Shown here: positions 18,549 through 27,281 of the stretch, in pieces
Layout of the letters: the number at the start of each line of letters is the position of its first letter
Position numbering within the stretch: position 1 is the stretch's first letter
Position numbers and translations under genes: made by a program
Assembly: GCA_041745875.1 (NCBI GenBank)
Contig: JBGTIB010000036.1
Coordinates: forward strand, 1 to 60,029
DNA from: Flavobacteriales bacterium
GTDB lineage: Bacteria; Bacteroidota; Bacteroidia; Flavobacteriales_F; PHOS-HE28
Length of the DNA: 60,029 nt
Direction: 5' to 3'
The notes under the pieces: model-generated
Told to the model about the DNA's origin: nothing
Database searches by the model: none
What the model saw: the letters and a program-made list of their open reading frames with translations, nothing else

Positions 18549-18876
18549 GTTCGTTCCGGCCCCTGTATTCCTGCACTGCAATTCCAGCGGCTTCCCAACG
18601 GGCACTCCACTTCGGGAGTGTCGCCTACACGCCCCAGCGTGTACGCCCCATTCCCCAATACGGCCTTCGCATGGGAACGGGTCCATGGATCGGTGGGCAG
18701 CCCGGCAACAAGCAACGCACGGTCCCTATCACGCGAATTGCCCCCACACAGTCGTACTGATCCTCAGGGCGATGGAGGCCGGAATGCGATGTGTGTACGG
18801 ATACGCATCCCGTATGAGCAACTCGTGAGGAACCCCTTGCAGCAGTTCCGGCACTCCATGTGAAGAGGTGGGTGCT

Positions 18877-19344
18877 ATGGCATTCCCTCTAAACCTGTTC
18901 CGTTCAGCGCTCCTTGGAGTAGCGCTGCTGATAACGGGACCTTCAGTTCTTGCACAATCCCCGACCACCGCTACACCGGTGATCTCACGCATGTGTCTGT
19001 GGAACGCTGACAAAGCGACCTGGAAGGCGCTCGGTCTGAAACGCGACGTGATCCGCAAAATGGCGGAGTTGCGCGAACGTTACCCGGCGGTGATCGACGG
19101 TCAGTGGGATTCACGCTCCGATGGGGAGGAGGCCATGTCGCTCGCTGCGGCGGCAGCCTCTCACAACGCAATGCCGGAAGCGGCCACCATGCTTTCGGGC
19201 CTCTCTGAGCGTGGTCGCCATGGAGGACCTCCCGTAGGCGCAGGAAACACATCGATGAAGGGCCTGCAAGCCGAATTGCGCGAGGTACTGACCGTGGAAC
19301 AGGTGGAGGCTTGGAAGCGCATTTGCCACGGCGACGAGGAGTGA
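18877..19344 (+). CDS. hypothetical secreted protein
   Basis: It has a signal-peptide-like N-terminus (MAFPLNLFRSALLGVALLITGPSVLAQS) and a helical C-terminus (LTVEQVEAWKRI). I chose ATG 18877 over GTG 18868. Confidence 0.5.
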   Translation: MAFPLNLFRSALLGVALLITGPSVLAQSPTTATPVISRMCLWNADKATWKALGLKRDVIRKMAELRERYPAVIDGQWDSRSDGEEAMSLAAAAASHNAMPEAATMLSGLSERGRHGGPPVGAGNTSMKGLQAELREVLTVEQVEAWKRICHGDEE

Positions 19345-19349
19345 TCGTA

Positions 19350-19787
19350 TCAAACGCGGGGCGATGGCCGGAGCGCCTTCCCTGCTCCTTTCCAATGATC
19401 GCGCACTATGACGCCATGGTCGAAACCCATGTCACAGGACTCGCCTTTCGGCAGCCATTTGATCTCGCGGGCTTCTTCGGTGATGGATGGAATTCCACCT
19501 GTGATGAGGCCTCTCCACACCACGGTAATGTAGGAGCCGCGGGGATCGCGTCCGGGTTCGGAATAGATACCGAGCAGCGAGTCGAGTTCGATCTCCACTC
19601 CCAGTTCCTCCTTCACTTCACGCAGCGCGGCCTGCTCCACGGTCTCTCCGGGATCCACCTTGCCTCCTGGCAGTGACCAAACATCACGGAAAGGGTCGTG
19701 CCCACGACGTATCAGCAGTACGCGATCCTGTGCATCAGTGATCACCACGTCCGTGGTAAGCACCACTTCATCCTTTTTCGAGTTCAT
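19350..19787 (-). CDS. NUDIX hydrolase
   Basis: It carries a canonical Nudix box (GGKVDPGETVEQAALREVKEELGV). I placed the start at ATG 19787 (MNSKKDEVV) inside the 181-aa ORF. Confidence 0.85.
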   Translation of the reverse strand: MNSKKDEVVLTTDVVITDAQDRVLLIRRGHDPFRDVWSLPGGKVDPGETVEQAALREVKEELGVEIELDSLLGIYSEPGRDPRGSYITVVWRGLITGGIPSITEEAREIKWLPKGESCDMGFDHGVIVRDHWKGAGKALRPSPRV

Positions 19788-20010
19788 GTTCCAAGGTTTT
19801 GACCGATGGACCTTTCGTCCACGAACAACAATGCCATTCGGTACGAGGCACAGGTGGACCCATGTTCCTTGGTTCGGCATTGCCTTGGCATCCATGGACG
19901 AAAGGCCGGACCGCCATGGACATGAACTTCCCCGGCATCCCTGTGCGAATGAAGGTGTTGCAACGTATCCACATACCCATGATGGACCAGATCACGAATC
20001 GGAATTCCCC

Positions 20011-21615
20011 ATGATCGCGGAAGAACTTCCCCATCCACGCAGAACGCGCCCTGGGTTGGCGCGCTTGGAACGCGATGGTCATCAGCGGAGTTTGTGGCAG
20101 GACACCGCCCAGAACGATATCCTGATGTCCCACGTGCTTCCAGCCACTTCGGTGGACGTGGTGGTGGTCGGTGCGGGTATCACGGGGGTAAGTACCGCCC
20201 TCGCATTACAGGAAGCCGGACAACGCTGTATCCTGGTGGAGGCAAGGAATATCGGATTCGGTACCACCGGCGGCACGTCGGCGCACGTGAACACCTTGCT
20301 CGAATTGAGCTACGACCGCATGATCGAAAAATTCGGCGCGGAGGAGGCCGGAATGGTGGCTCAAGCTGCACAACAGGCGGTCGATCGCATTCGGCATTAT
20401 GCCACTTTGTATGCACCGGACTGCAACTGGGAAGAACGCGATGCTTTCATGATCGCCTTGGACCAGGATCAGGCGAAGACGCTCGAAAAAGTGGTGGAGG
20501 GAACGCGTCGAATGGGCTTTGTTACCCGTTACGTGGACGACGCACCGTATCCTGGTTCGTACAAGATGGCCGCGCGTTTCGAAGGTCAGGCCCAGTTCCA
20601 TCCCACCCGATACGTCCATGGGCTTGCTACGGCGTTCACCTTGGCAGGTGGTCTCCTGCGCGATGAATGCGCCGTGCACAACGTTCAGGAGAAGGATGAT
20701 GGGCTCGAAGTGCAGACCGATGCGGGCACCATCCGGTCCAAGCGTCTTGTTTATGCCACCCATGTACCACCCGGGGTGAACATCCTGCATTTCCGCAATG
20801 CACCTTACCGGAGTTATGTGCTCGCCGCCCGCCTGAAATACGATGCCCAGCTGCCCGATGCCCTGGTGTATGACATGGTGGACCCCTATCACTACTACCG
20901 GACCGAGGAGGTGGATGGACAGCGCCTGCTCATCGCGGGAGGTTGTGATCACAAGACCGGACACGAACAGGATACCGCAGCCTGCTTCGACCAACTGGAG
21001 GCACATGTTCGCGCGTTGTACACGTTGGAAGAGATCACGCACCGCTGGTCCTCCCAATACTTCGAACCCACGGATGGGCTGCCGTATATCGGCAAACTAC
21101 CCATGAGCCACGATCGCGTTTACGTGGCCACAGGATATGGTGGGAACGGCATGACCTATGGGACGCTTGCTGCGATCATGATCACCGACATGATCACCAC
21201 CGGTGGCAGTGCGTACGAGAAAGTCTTCGACCCTTCACGCGTTAGCCTCGTGGCCGGCTTCTCGAACTTCGTGAAGGAGGCGGCTGACGTGGTGGGGCAT
21301 CTGGCCGCAGCTCCCTTTCCCGCCAGGAAGTTGGCGGATCTGGGTGAACTGGGTCATGGGGAGGGACGCGTGGTGCAACACGATGGACGATCGATCGCAA
21401 TCCATCGGGACGATGCGGGCACACTGCACGCCGTCGACCCCGCCTGTTCCCACATCAAATGCACCGTGGCCTGGAACGGCGCCGAGCGTTCGTGGGATTG
21501 CCCCTGCCATGGCTCGCGTTTCGCTCCGGATGGAAGTGTGCTCACCGCTCCGGCGCGAAAGCCCCTGCAACGCGTCGATCTTAAGAACGATACCGAACCC
21601 CTACCTCCTTCATAA
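20011..21615 (+). CDS. FAD-dependent oxidoreductase fused to a C-terminal Rieske [2Fe-2S] domain
   Basis: The N-terminus has VDVVVVGAGITGVSTALALQEAG. The C-terminus has the Rieske ligand motifs CSHIKC ... CPCHGSRF. I placed the start at ATG 20011, because the upstream part of the 651-aa ORF is antisense to the NUDIX gene. Confidence 0.85.
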   Translation: MIAEELPHPRRTRPGLARLERDGHQRSLWQDTAQNDILMSHVLPATSVDVVVVGAGITGVSTALALQEAGQRCILVEARNIGFGTTGGTSAHVNTLLELSYDRMIEKFGAEEAGMVAQAAQQAVDRIRHYATLYAPDCNWEERDAFMIALDQDQAKTLEKVVEGTRRMGFVTRYVDDAPYPGSYKMAARFEGQAQFHPTRYVHGLATAFTLAGGLLRDECAVHNVQEKDDGLEVQTDAGTIRSKRLVYATHVPPGVNILHFRNAPYRSYVLAARLKYDAQLPDALVYDMVDPYHYYRTEEVDGQRLLIAGGCDHKTGHEQDTAACFDQLEAHVRALYTLEEITHRWSSQYFEPTDGLPYIGKLPMSHDRVYVATGYGGNGMTYGTLAAIMITDMITTGGSAYEKVFDPSRVSLVAGFSNFVKEAADVVGHLAAAPFPARKLADLGELGHGEGRVVQHDGRSIAIHRDDAGTLHAVDPACSHIKCTVAWNGAERSWDCPCHGSRFAPDGSVLTAPARKPLQRVDLKNDTEPLPPS

Positions 21616-21626
21616 ACACCAATACC

Positions 21627-22034
21627 ATGAGAACGTTGAACGATGCGGTACAGGAAATGGTGGAACGGCATGACCGCTTCACCTACGACCTACGTGCCAG
21701 GTGCCGGGTATTGAGCGGCAGTGTGGCGGCCTACCGGGCGGAGCAACCCAACGTCCCCAGGACCGATCTTTCAAAGGCGATCACACAGGCTTTGGACAGC
21801 GATGGGATCTTGGGAGCATGGCGCCATCCCGACACCGGTGAAGTGCAGTACGACAGTTGTCGTGTGTTCACCGATCAGGACCAGGCATTGCGCTTTGCGG
21901 AGGAACAGGGTCAGCGCTCGGTCTTCAATCTGAACCGTATGATCGAAGTATCCGTCTCCCAAGGGAACCGGACAGTGAAGATCGACGTGCCAACTGAGCC
22001 GTGGCTCGGACGTGTATTCCCGCTCCGAGCCTGA
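21627..22034 (+). CDS. hypothetical protein (135 aa)
   Basis: It has a clean ATG ORF that begins 11 nt after the FAD-Rieske stop on the same strand. No motif was recognised. Confidence 0.5.
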   Translation: MRTLNDAVQEMVERHDRFTYDLRARCRVLSGSVAAYRAEQPNVPRTDLSKAITQALDSDGILGAWRHPDTGEVQYDSCRVFTDQDQALRFAEEQGQRSVFNLNRMIEVSVSQGNRTVKIDVPTEPWLGRVFPLRA

Positions 22035-22053
22035 TCGCTGGACCCGGCACGGC

Positions 22054-22506
22054 TCACAGTTCCCAATCAACCCATCGTCCAGCGGTTGCACTGAGGCTGA
22101 GCCTGCTGAGTTCCACTTCGGCAGGAAGATGCGGCCGAAGCCGTTCCACGATGTCGATCAGGAGTTTCTCGTAGGTAGGCTGCCATGAGATGGAGCGTGC
22201 GCCGGCAATGTGGGCGTGGTCCGCGGCAACCTGGTCCCGAAGATCCTCGCGAAGTACCAAGGTGTGGTCGTAATGATCCATCACATGGGTCTGCACGATG
22301 CGATCGAGGTCCCCGAAGGCCATGACCATGTCGTCGTCAGGGTGATTGGGTGCATCGAGCGGTACACCGGTAATGCCCACCTCCAGGCCATGTTCATGTA
22401 CACGGAGATGGCCGTGCAGCCCGTCGGGGCCGTCCGGGATACGGACCAAACGAATGGTGTATCGTCGATTGATGCGCACCAGCTGAGGCGCTCGAATGAT
22501 CTTCAT
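22054..22506 (-). CDS. 6-pyruvoyl-tetrahydropterin synthase / QueD-family protein
   Basis: The pattern HGH-x-x-V...V.ITG...GMVMAFGDLDRIVQTHVMDHYDHTLVL...PTYEKLL fits the PTPS/QueD fold signature. The start is ATG 22506. Confidence 0.65.
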   Translation of the reverse strand: MKIIRAPQLVRINRRYTIRLVRIPDGPDGLHGHLRVHEHGLEVGITGVPLDAPNHPDDDMVMAFGDLDRIVQTHVMDHYDHTLVLREDLRDQVAADHAHIAGARSISWQPTYEKLLIDIVERLRPHLPAEVELSRLSLSATAGRWVDWEL

Positions 22507-22973
22507 CAAGAGTTGGGGAAAGGGGCCTTTCGGAGGAAAATACCATCAGATACCCCGCGCACCGCACAGGTCAGGTAAGGCGCAAAAATGTGGTGCTGCG
22601 AGGATGGAAGAACATGATGGAGGTCATGCAAGTCCATGACCATGGTCGGTCGAACGGTACTGTTCGAACCATCCGGATCGGAATGGGTATGCCTCTTGCC
22701 GCACCATTGAACGCGCAACCTGGCAACGCGTGTTCCGAACCTGTGCCGAGGCACGCTCGCAAAGGTCCTGGTCGCACGAGATGAAAACGCCAGCGTCGCG
22801 TGAGGTGGTTCCGCAGAGAAAGAGGGCTCTACCGTCGGAACGCCTTCATCTTGGCCTACCTTCACCAAAGGAGGTCGAACCGGTAGCTTGGCATTGGCTT
22901 CGCAACGGGTCGATGAACATCATTTTCCACTTGTCGCCGATCGTGTGTGGGAAGTGATCGATCCATACAAGGA

Positions 22974-23198
22974 ATGCCCAATCGACTTACCAAAGACCCT
23001 GAAAGTATTGCAGCTTTCTTCGCCCGGTACAAGGGCTTGTTGATCATCTGCAACGTACGTCCGGAGCCCGATATGACCATGGAGGGGAAGGAGCTGATCG
23101 CTGCAGCCCGTGAACAACTGGGCTATGCGCCATCGACCAATTCGTTCGATATCATGCGTGCCCTGTTGCGCCACTTCCGCGGAATGAAGAACACCTGA
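22974..23198 (+). CDS. small hypothetical protein (74 aa)
   Basis: This ATG ORF (MPNRLTKDPESIAAFFARYKG...) lies in an otherwise ORF-poor 1-kb gap. No family was recognised. Confidence 0.3.
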   Translation: MPNRLTKDPESIAAFFARYKGLLIICNVRPEPDMTMEGKELIAAAREQLGYAPSTNSFDIMRALLRHFRGMKNT

Positions 23199-23501
23199 AC
23201 GGTCAGCTACAGGTATTCCCATCGCGTCGCTCTTCCATACGGTTACGTAGTGGCGGCCCGGAGGCTGCATCGAACATTGGATCCCGCACTGTAAAGCCTG
23301 AGCCAATTCCATAATTCGCCACGGACAGGGTGGGCAGGTCGTGACGATGGTGATGCACACGGAGGTACTTCCTCTACACCCATCGCCCCGATCGTGGAGT
23401 AATGATCCCTTTGGGGTATACAGGTCTCACCGCCCCATGCGGGTATCGAGTTGCTATTTTCAGGAGCCTGTGTTCGGCACGATCAGTGCGCTGAGCAGCG
23501 C

Positions 23502-24662
23502 ATGGGATCACGATCGGAAACGCAACCTCCAAGTAGAAAACGACGCATCCGGAATATCGTCCTGGTATCCGTTGGGGTCCTGTTGTTGATCCGGATCATT
23601 CTGCCTTATGTACTTCTGCACGTGGTGAACGACCGCCTGGCCAAGGTGCCGGGGTACCATGGTCATATCGATGATCTCCATCTCGCTATCATCCGGGGTG
23701 CATATACCATAGAACTCTTCGATCTGCAAAAGGTCGACAGCATCAGTCAGGAACGCACCCCTTTCCTGTCGGCATCGGCGATCGATCTGTCCGTGGAATG
23801 GAAGGCCCTGTTCCACGGTTCCGTGGTCGGCGAACTGGTGATCACCAGGCCTGAGATCCGTTTCACGAAGGATGCTGTGGAGCCGGAGCAGGTGCAGGAG
23901 GATACCACCAGCTTGTCGGACCTGCTCAGTGATCTGATGCCGCTTCAGATCAACCGCCTGGAGCTGAACAATGGTTCATTGCGCTTCATCGATCCCACTT
24001 CCGACCCCAACGTTGATATCGCCCTGTCCCCCTTTGACCTGCTCGCGTTGAATTTGCGGAACAGCTACGATTCCACCAGCTTGTTGCCGGCTACCGTGGA
24101 ATTGCGCGGTGGCGTATACGGTGGAACCATCTCCATGGACATGAAGCTGGACCCGCTGGGGGATGACCCCACCTTCGACCTCAATGCCGAGGTCGAAGGC
24201 ATGGAGCTTCCTCAATTGAACGACTTCCTTCAGGCCTATGGCAAGTTCGATGTGACCCGCGGAACTTTCGGACTGTACACCGAGCTTGCAGCCAAGGAGG
24301 GCGAATTCGTGGGCTATGTGAAACCGGTGATCAAAGATCTCAAAGTCCTTGGGCCTGAAGATCGCGACGACAACCTGTTGCGGAAATTATGGGAAGCGAC
24401 CGTCGGGGCTGCGGGGATGGTGCTTAAGAATCAGAGGGAGGACCAGGTGGCTACCAAGGTACCGATGCGTGGTTCCCTGGATGGACCCCGTACCAATATC
24501 TTTTATGCGGTGGTGGACCTTTTGCGCAATGCCTTCATTCAAGCGCTGCAGCCCGCCGTTGAACACGAGATCAACATTGGATCCGTGGAAACCCCGGACC
24601 AAAAGGAGGACGGTTTCATCAAACGCCTCTTCAACAAGGACGATAAGAAGGACAAGAACTGA
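23502..24662 (+). CDS. DUF748 domain-containing membrane-anchored protein
   Basis: An N-terminal TM segment (IVLVSVGVLLLIRIILPYVL) is followed by HVVNDRLAKVPGYHGHIDDLHLAIIRGAYTIE, which is typical of DUF748. The start is ATG 23502. Confidence 0.65.
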   Translation: MGSRSETQPPSRKRRIRNIVLVSVGVLLLIRIILPYVLLHVVNDRLAKVPGYHGHIDDLHLAIIRGAYTIELFDLQKVDSISQERTPFLSASAIDLSVEWKALFHGSVVGELVITRPEIRFTKDAVEPEQVQEDTTSLSDLLSDLMPLQINRLELNNGSLRFIDPTSDPNVDIALSPFDLLALNLRNSYDSTSLLPATVELRGGVYGGTISMDMKLDPLGDDPTFDLNAEVEGMELPQLNDFLQAYGKFDVTRGTFGLYTELAAKEGEFVGYVKPVIKDLKVLGPEDRDDNLLRKLWEATVGAAGMVLKNQREDQVATKVPMRGSLDGPRTNIFYAVVDLLRNAFIQALQPAVEHEINIGSVETPDQKEDGFIKRLFNKDDKKDKN

Positions 24663-24679
24663 CCCCCCTCACCCGGAAC

Positions 24680-24711
24680 GCAAACGCCCCGCACTGAGGC
24701 GGGGCGTTTGC
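24680..24711. terminator. bidirectional stem-loop between convergent genes
   Basis: A 13-bp perfect stem is formed by GCAAACGCCCCGC (24680-24692) and GCGGGGCGTTTGC (24699-24711), with a 6-nt loop. It lies between the stop at 24662 (+) and the stop at 24734 (-). Confidence 0.6.
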
Positions 24712-24733
24712 AGCACGCGAACAGAAAGCGCGT

Positions 24734-25312
24734 TCACTTCTTCCTGTTCGCAGTGGTCGACTTGCGGGAGGCTCCCTGACCATTGCTTGACGCCTCAGCC
24801 ATTTCCCCCTCCTCACCCATCGCTTCGCCGTTCACGGTCTCCGAGACGGTGGTGAGTTTCTCATCGGTTGCTTTCTCCTCTTCCAAGGTCTCATTGAGCA
24901 ATCCGACGACATCGTCCATGCCCAACTGTTCCGCCCAGGCCACCATGCTGCCATAGCTGGCGATCTCGTAGTGCTCCACTTTCTGTGCGGCGGAGACCAA
25001 TCCCGCGTCGAGCGCCGGATCATCGGAGAACTCGTCCATCACTTCGGTCCCTTCTTCCAATATCCCGTCGATCGCCGGGCAGTTCTTGCCACGGGCGGTC
25101 TTACCGATCGCCTCGAACACCTGTTCAAGTCGAGCGATCTGCTCCTGGGTCTCCTTGTGATGTTGCTCGAAGCCTGCCTTCAGATCAGGGTTCGTAGCAG
25201 CCTTCGCCATCTTGGGCAGAGCCTTCAAGATCTGCTTCTCCGCGTAATAGATATCGCGCAACTGCTCCTCGAATAGCTTGTGCAGTCCGCTTGTTTGTTC
25301 CTTGCTTGCCAT
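24734..25312 (-). CDS. ferritin-like DUF892 (YciF/YciE-like) stress protein
   Basis: Recognised motifs are LFEEQLRDIYYAEKQILKALPKMAKAA and HYEIASYGSMVAWAEQLG, followed by an acidic tail. The start is ATG 25312. Confidence 0.8.
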   Translation of the reverse strand: MASKEQTSGLHKLFEEQLRDIYYAEKQILKALPKMAKAATNPDLKAGFEQHHKETQEQIARLEQVFEAIGKTARGKNCPAIDGILEEGTEVMDEFSDDPALDAGLVSAAQKVEHYEIASYGSMVAWAEQLGMDDVVGLLNETLEEEKATDEKLTTVSETVNGEAMGEEGEMAEASSNGQGASRKSTTANRKK

Positions 25313-25408
25313 GTCGTGTACGTTGTTTCGCGTTCGTTTTGATACTGATACTACATGACCCCCGCCCGTTGCGCATCGGCGCATCGAACGGGGGCCGTGT
25401 AGTTCGTG

Positions 25409-25726
25409 CTATCGGTCTTGGTTTCCGGTACGGCCCGTGTTGGCCTCACCGCGCTTGTCGTCCTGCTGGTTGCCAGCCTGTGTCCGTGAAGCATCGCCTC
25501 CGGGACGGTTACCAGCCTGGGGGTTGCGCTCATCGCGGTCGTTCTCCGCACGTGAACCACCGGCATTATCACCGGAGCGCTGCTGGCCCTGCTCTTCACC
25601 GTGCTTTTTGCCGATCGGTCCGCTTTGCTCAGCACGACCACGATCGTTCTGTGTTCCTTGTCCTTGGTTGCCTGTGGGGTTCCCTTGGTTCGGGGTGTTC
25701 CCCTTGTTCTCATTTCGCTCTGCCAT
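25409..25726 (-). CDS. low-complexity hydrophilic (G/N/Q/R/D-rich) stress-type small protein
   Basis: This 105-aa ATG ORF (MAERNENKGNTPNQGNPTGNQGQ...) lies directly upstream of the DUF892 gene on the same strand. Its composition resembles a hydrophilin or general stress protein. A competing 317-aa ORF in another frame has no protein-like features. Confidence 0.5.
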   Translation of the reverse strand: MAERNENKGNTPNQGNPTGNQGQGTQNDRGRAEQSGPIGKKHGEEQGQQRSGDNAGGSRAENDRDERNPQAGNRPGGDASRTQAGNQQDDKRGEANTGRTGNQDR

Positions 25727-26110
25727 GACTTCTTCGTGTTAGGTAGGTTGATGGTCTTTCGAACGACGGTCACGGGGATCGTGGCCTGATACCGTTCATG
25801 TCGTTCCCTCCAAACCCTGCACCCTTCTGCGGCCCCCTTCACCATAGCAACGGTGCGCCTCGGAACACGCACAAAACGCCATGATCCAAAGTCCCGCGAG
25901 AATGAGGAGCCATTCCCCACTTCACCTTCGTGCTGTGGAATGTCCTCAGCGATCGATCTCCTGTTGCTCCTTCGGACCATCCATGGACCGAAGTTGTGCG
26001 ACCCGGTCCACTCGTGCGGGACCCGCGTTCGAACCATCCGATGCGTCCAGGCATTCCGGGAAAAGGGCACGCGATCGCCTATACGTACACTAACACTAAA
26101 CCGATCGGAC

Positions 26111-26479
26111 ATGTCAAATATGGACTGCCAGTACGAAATGCTCTCTGAAGCTGTTGATGATCTGCGGCAGCAAGGGTATACGGATGAACTGATGATCACC
26201 GAGGAAGGGATCCTGAAGCACACCGTACCCCTGGATCCTTCCCTATTCACCATCGACTCCTTCCATCGCTTCGAAGGACCCAGTGACCCTGCGGATATGA
26301 GCATCGTTTACGCCATCAGCTCCGACGATCTGGGACTGAAGGGTCTGTTGATCGATGGTTATGGAAGCAATAGCCGCGAGGTGATCGAGAAGATGGTGAA
26401 GCGCCTACCGGCTCACGAGGAACATGAGATCGTGCAACCCGATCGACCCATTGTTCCCGGCGCCATCCCGAAATATTGA
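26111..26479 (+). CDS. conserved hypothetical protein (122 aa), translationally adjacent to ku
   Basis: The ATG ORF reads MSNMDCQYEMLSEAVDDLRQQGYTDEL...FHRFEGPSDPADMSIVYAI. It resembles a small family common in Bacteroidota. Its stop at 26477-26479 lies 3 nt before the ku ATG at 26483. Confidence 0.55.
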   Translation: MSNMDCQYEMLSEAVDDLRQQGYTDELMITEEGILKHTVPLDPSLFTIDSFHRFEGPSDPADMSIVYAISSDDLGLKGLLIDGYGSNSREVIEKMVKRLPAHEEHEIVQPDRPIVPGAIPKY

Positions 26480-26482
26480 GTC

Positions 26483-27280
26483 ATGCGTCCCCTCTGGAAA
26501 GGCACCATCGGTTTCGGACTGGTCAGCATCCCGGTCAGATTGTACAGCGCAACGCAGACCAGTGACCTGGACCTCGATATGCTGGATGGCAAGGACAAGT
26601 CGCGCATCCGCTTCAAACGCGTGAACGAGGATACAGGAAAAGAGGTCCCCTATGAGCGTATCGTGCGGGCCTTCGACCTGAAAGGGAACTATGTGGTGCT
26701 GGAGGACGAGGATCTGAAAGGTGCAGCTGCGGAGAAGAGCGACACCATACTCATACAGGACTTCGTGCTCGAGAGCGAGGTGGAAGGCAAGTACTTCGAG
26801 AAGCCCTACTACCTCGAACCCGACAAAGGCGGTTCCCGCGCCTATGCCTTGTTGCGCGAGGCGTTGAAGAAGAGCGGCAAGGTCGGCGTGGCGAGCTTCG
26901 TGATGCGGACCAAGGAACATCCCGCCGTGATCCAACCGGACGGCCCCGTACTTATCCTGAACCAACTGCGCTTCGCTGAGGAGATCCGCGATGTTTCCGA
27001 TCTGAAGCTACCACCCGTATCCAAGGTGCCTGCGGCTGAATTGAAGCTGGCGACCCAACTCATCGAACAGGGTGCCGGTAAGCTCGATATGGCACGCTAC
27101 AAGGATCGATATTCAGAATCCTTGATGAAGAAGATACGGGCCAAGGCCAGGACCAAGGGCAAGGGGAAGGCAGCGAAGTCCACGCCAATGAAGGTGGTCC
27201 ACAAACGGTCGGCGAACGACCTGATGAGCACGCTGAAGGCCAGTCTGGAAAAGAAGACCACCAAACGCAAAGCTTCGTAG
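26483..27280 (+). CDS. ku: Ku protein (non-homologous end joining)
   Basis: It has the characteristic N-terminus MRPLWKGTIGFGLVSIPVRLYSAT and a lysine-rich C-terminal tail. Confidence 0.95.
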   Translation: MRPLWKGTIGFGLVSIPVRLYSATQTSDLDLDMLDGKDKSRIRFKRVNEDTGKEVPYERIVRAFDLKGNYVVLEDEDLKGAAAEKSDTILIQDFVLESEVEGKYFEKPYYLEPDKGGSRAYALLREALKKSGKVGVASFVMRTKEHPAVIQPDGPVLILNQLRFAEEIRDVSDLKLPPVSKVPAAELKLATQLIEQGAGKLDMARYKDRYSESLMKKIRAKARTKGKGKAAKSTPMKVVHKRSANDLMSTLKASLEKKTTKRKAS

Positions 27281-27281
27281 T

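Noticed and set aside
19660-20010. An N-terminal extension of the FAD-Rieske ORF (the 651-aa version)
   Set aside because: The extension is antisense to the NUDIX gene and not protein-like. The dinucleotide-binding motif follows shortly after ATG 20011.
20520-20560. RYVDD in the FAD oxidoreductase, considered as a reverse-transcriptase YxDD motif (retron or DGR)
   Set aside because: It sits inside a well-defined flavoprotein domain. No other RT motifs, ncRNA or template/variable repeat pair were seen anywhere in the window.
25351-26304. A 317-aa minus-strand ORF spanning the hydrophilin gene and the start of the 122-aa gene
   Set aside because: It has no motifs and an R/S/T-rich junk-like composition. 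It conflicts with better-supported ORFs on both strands.
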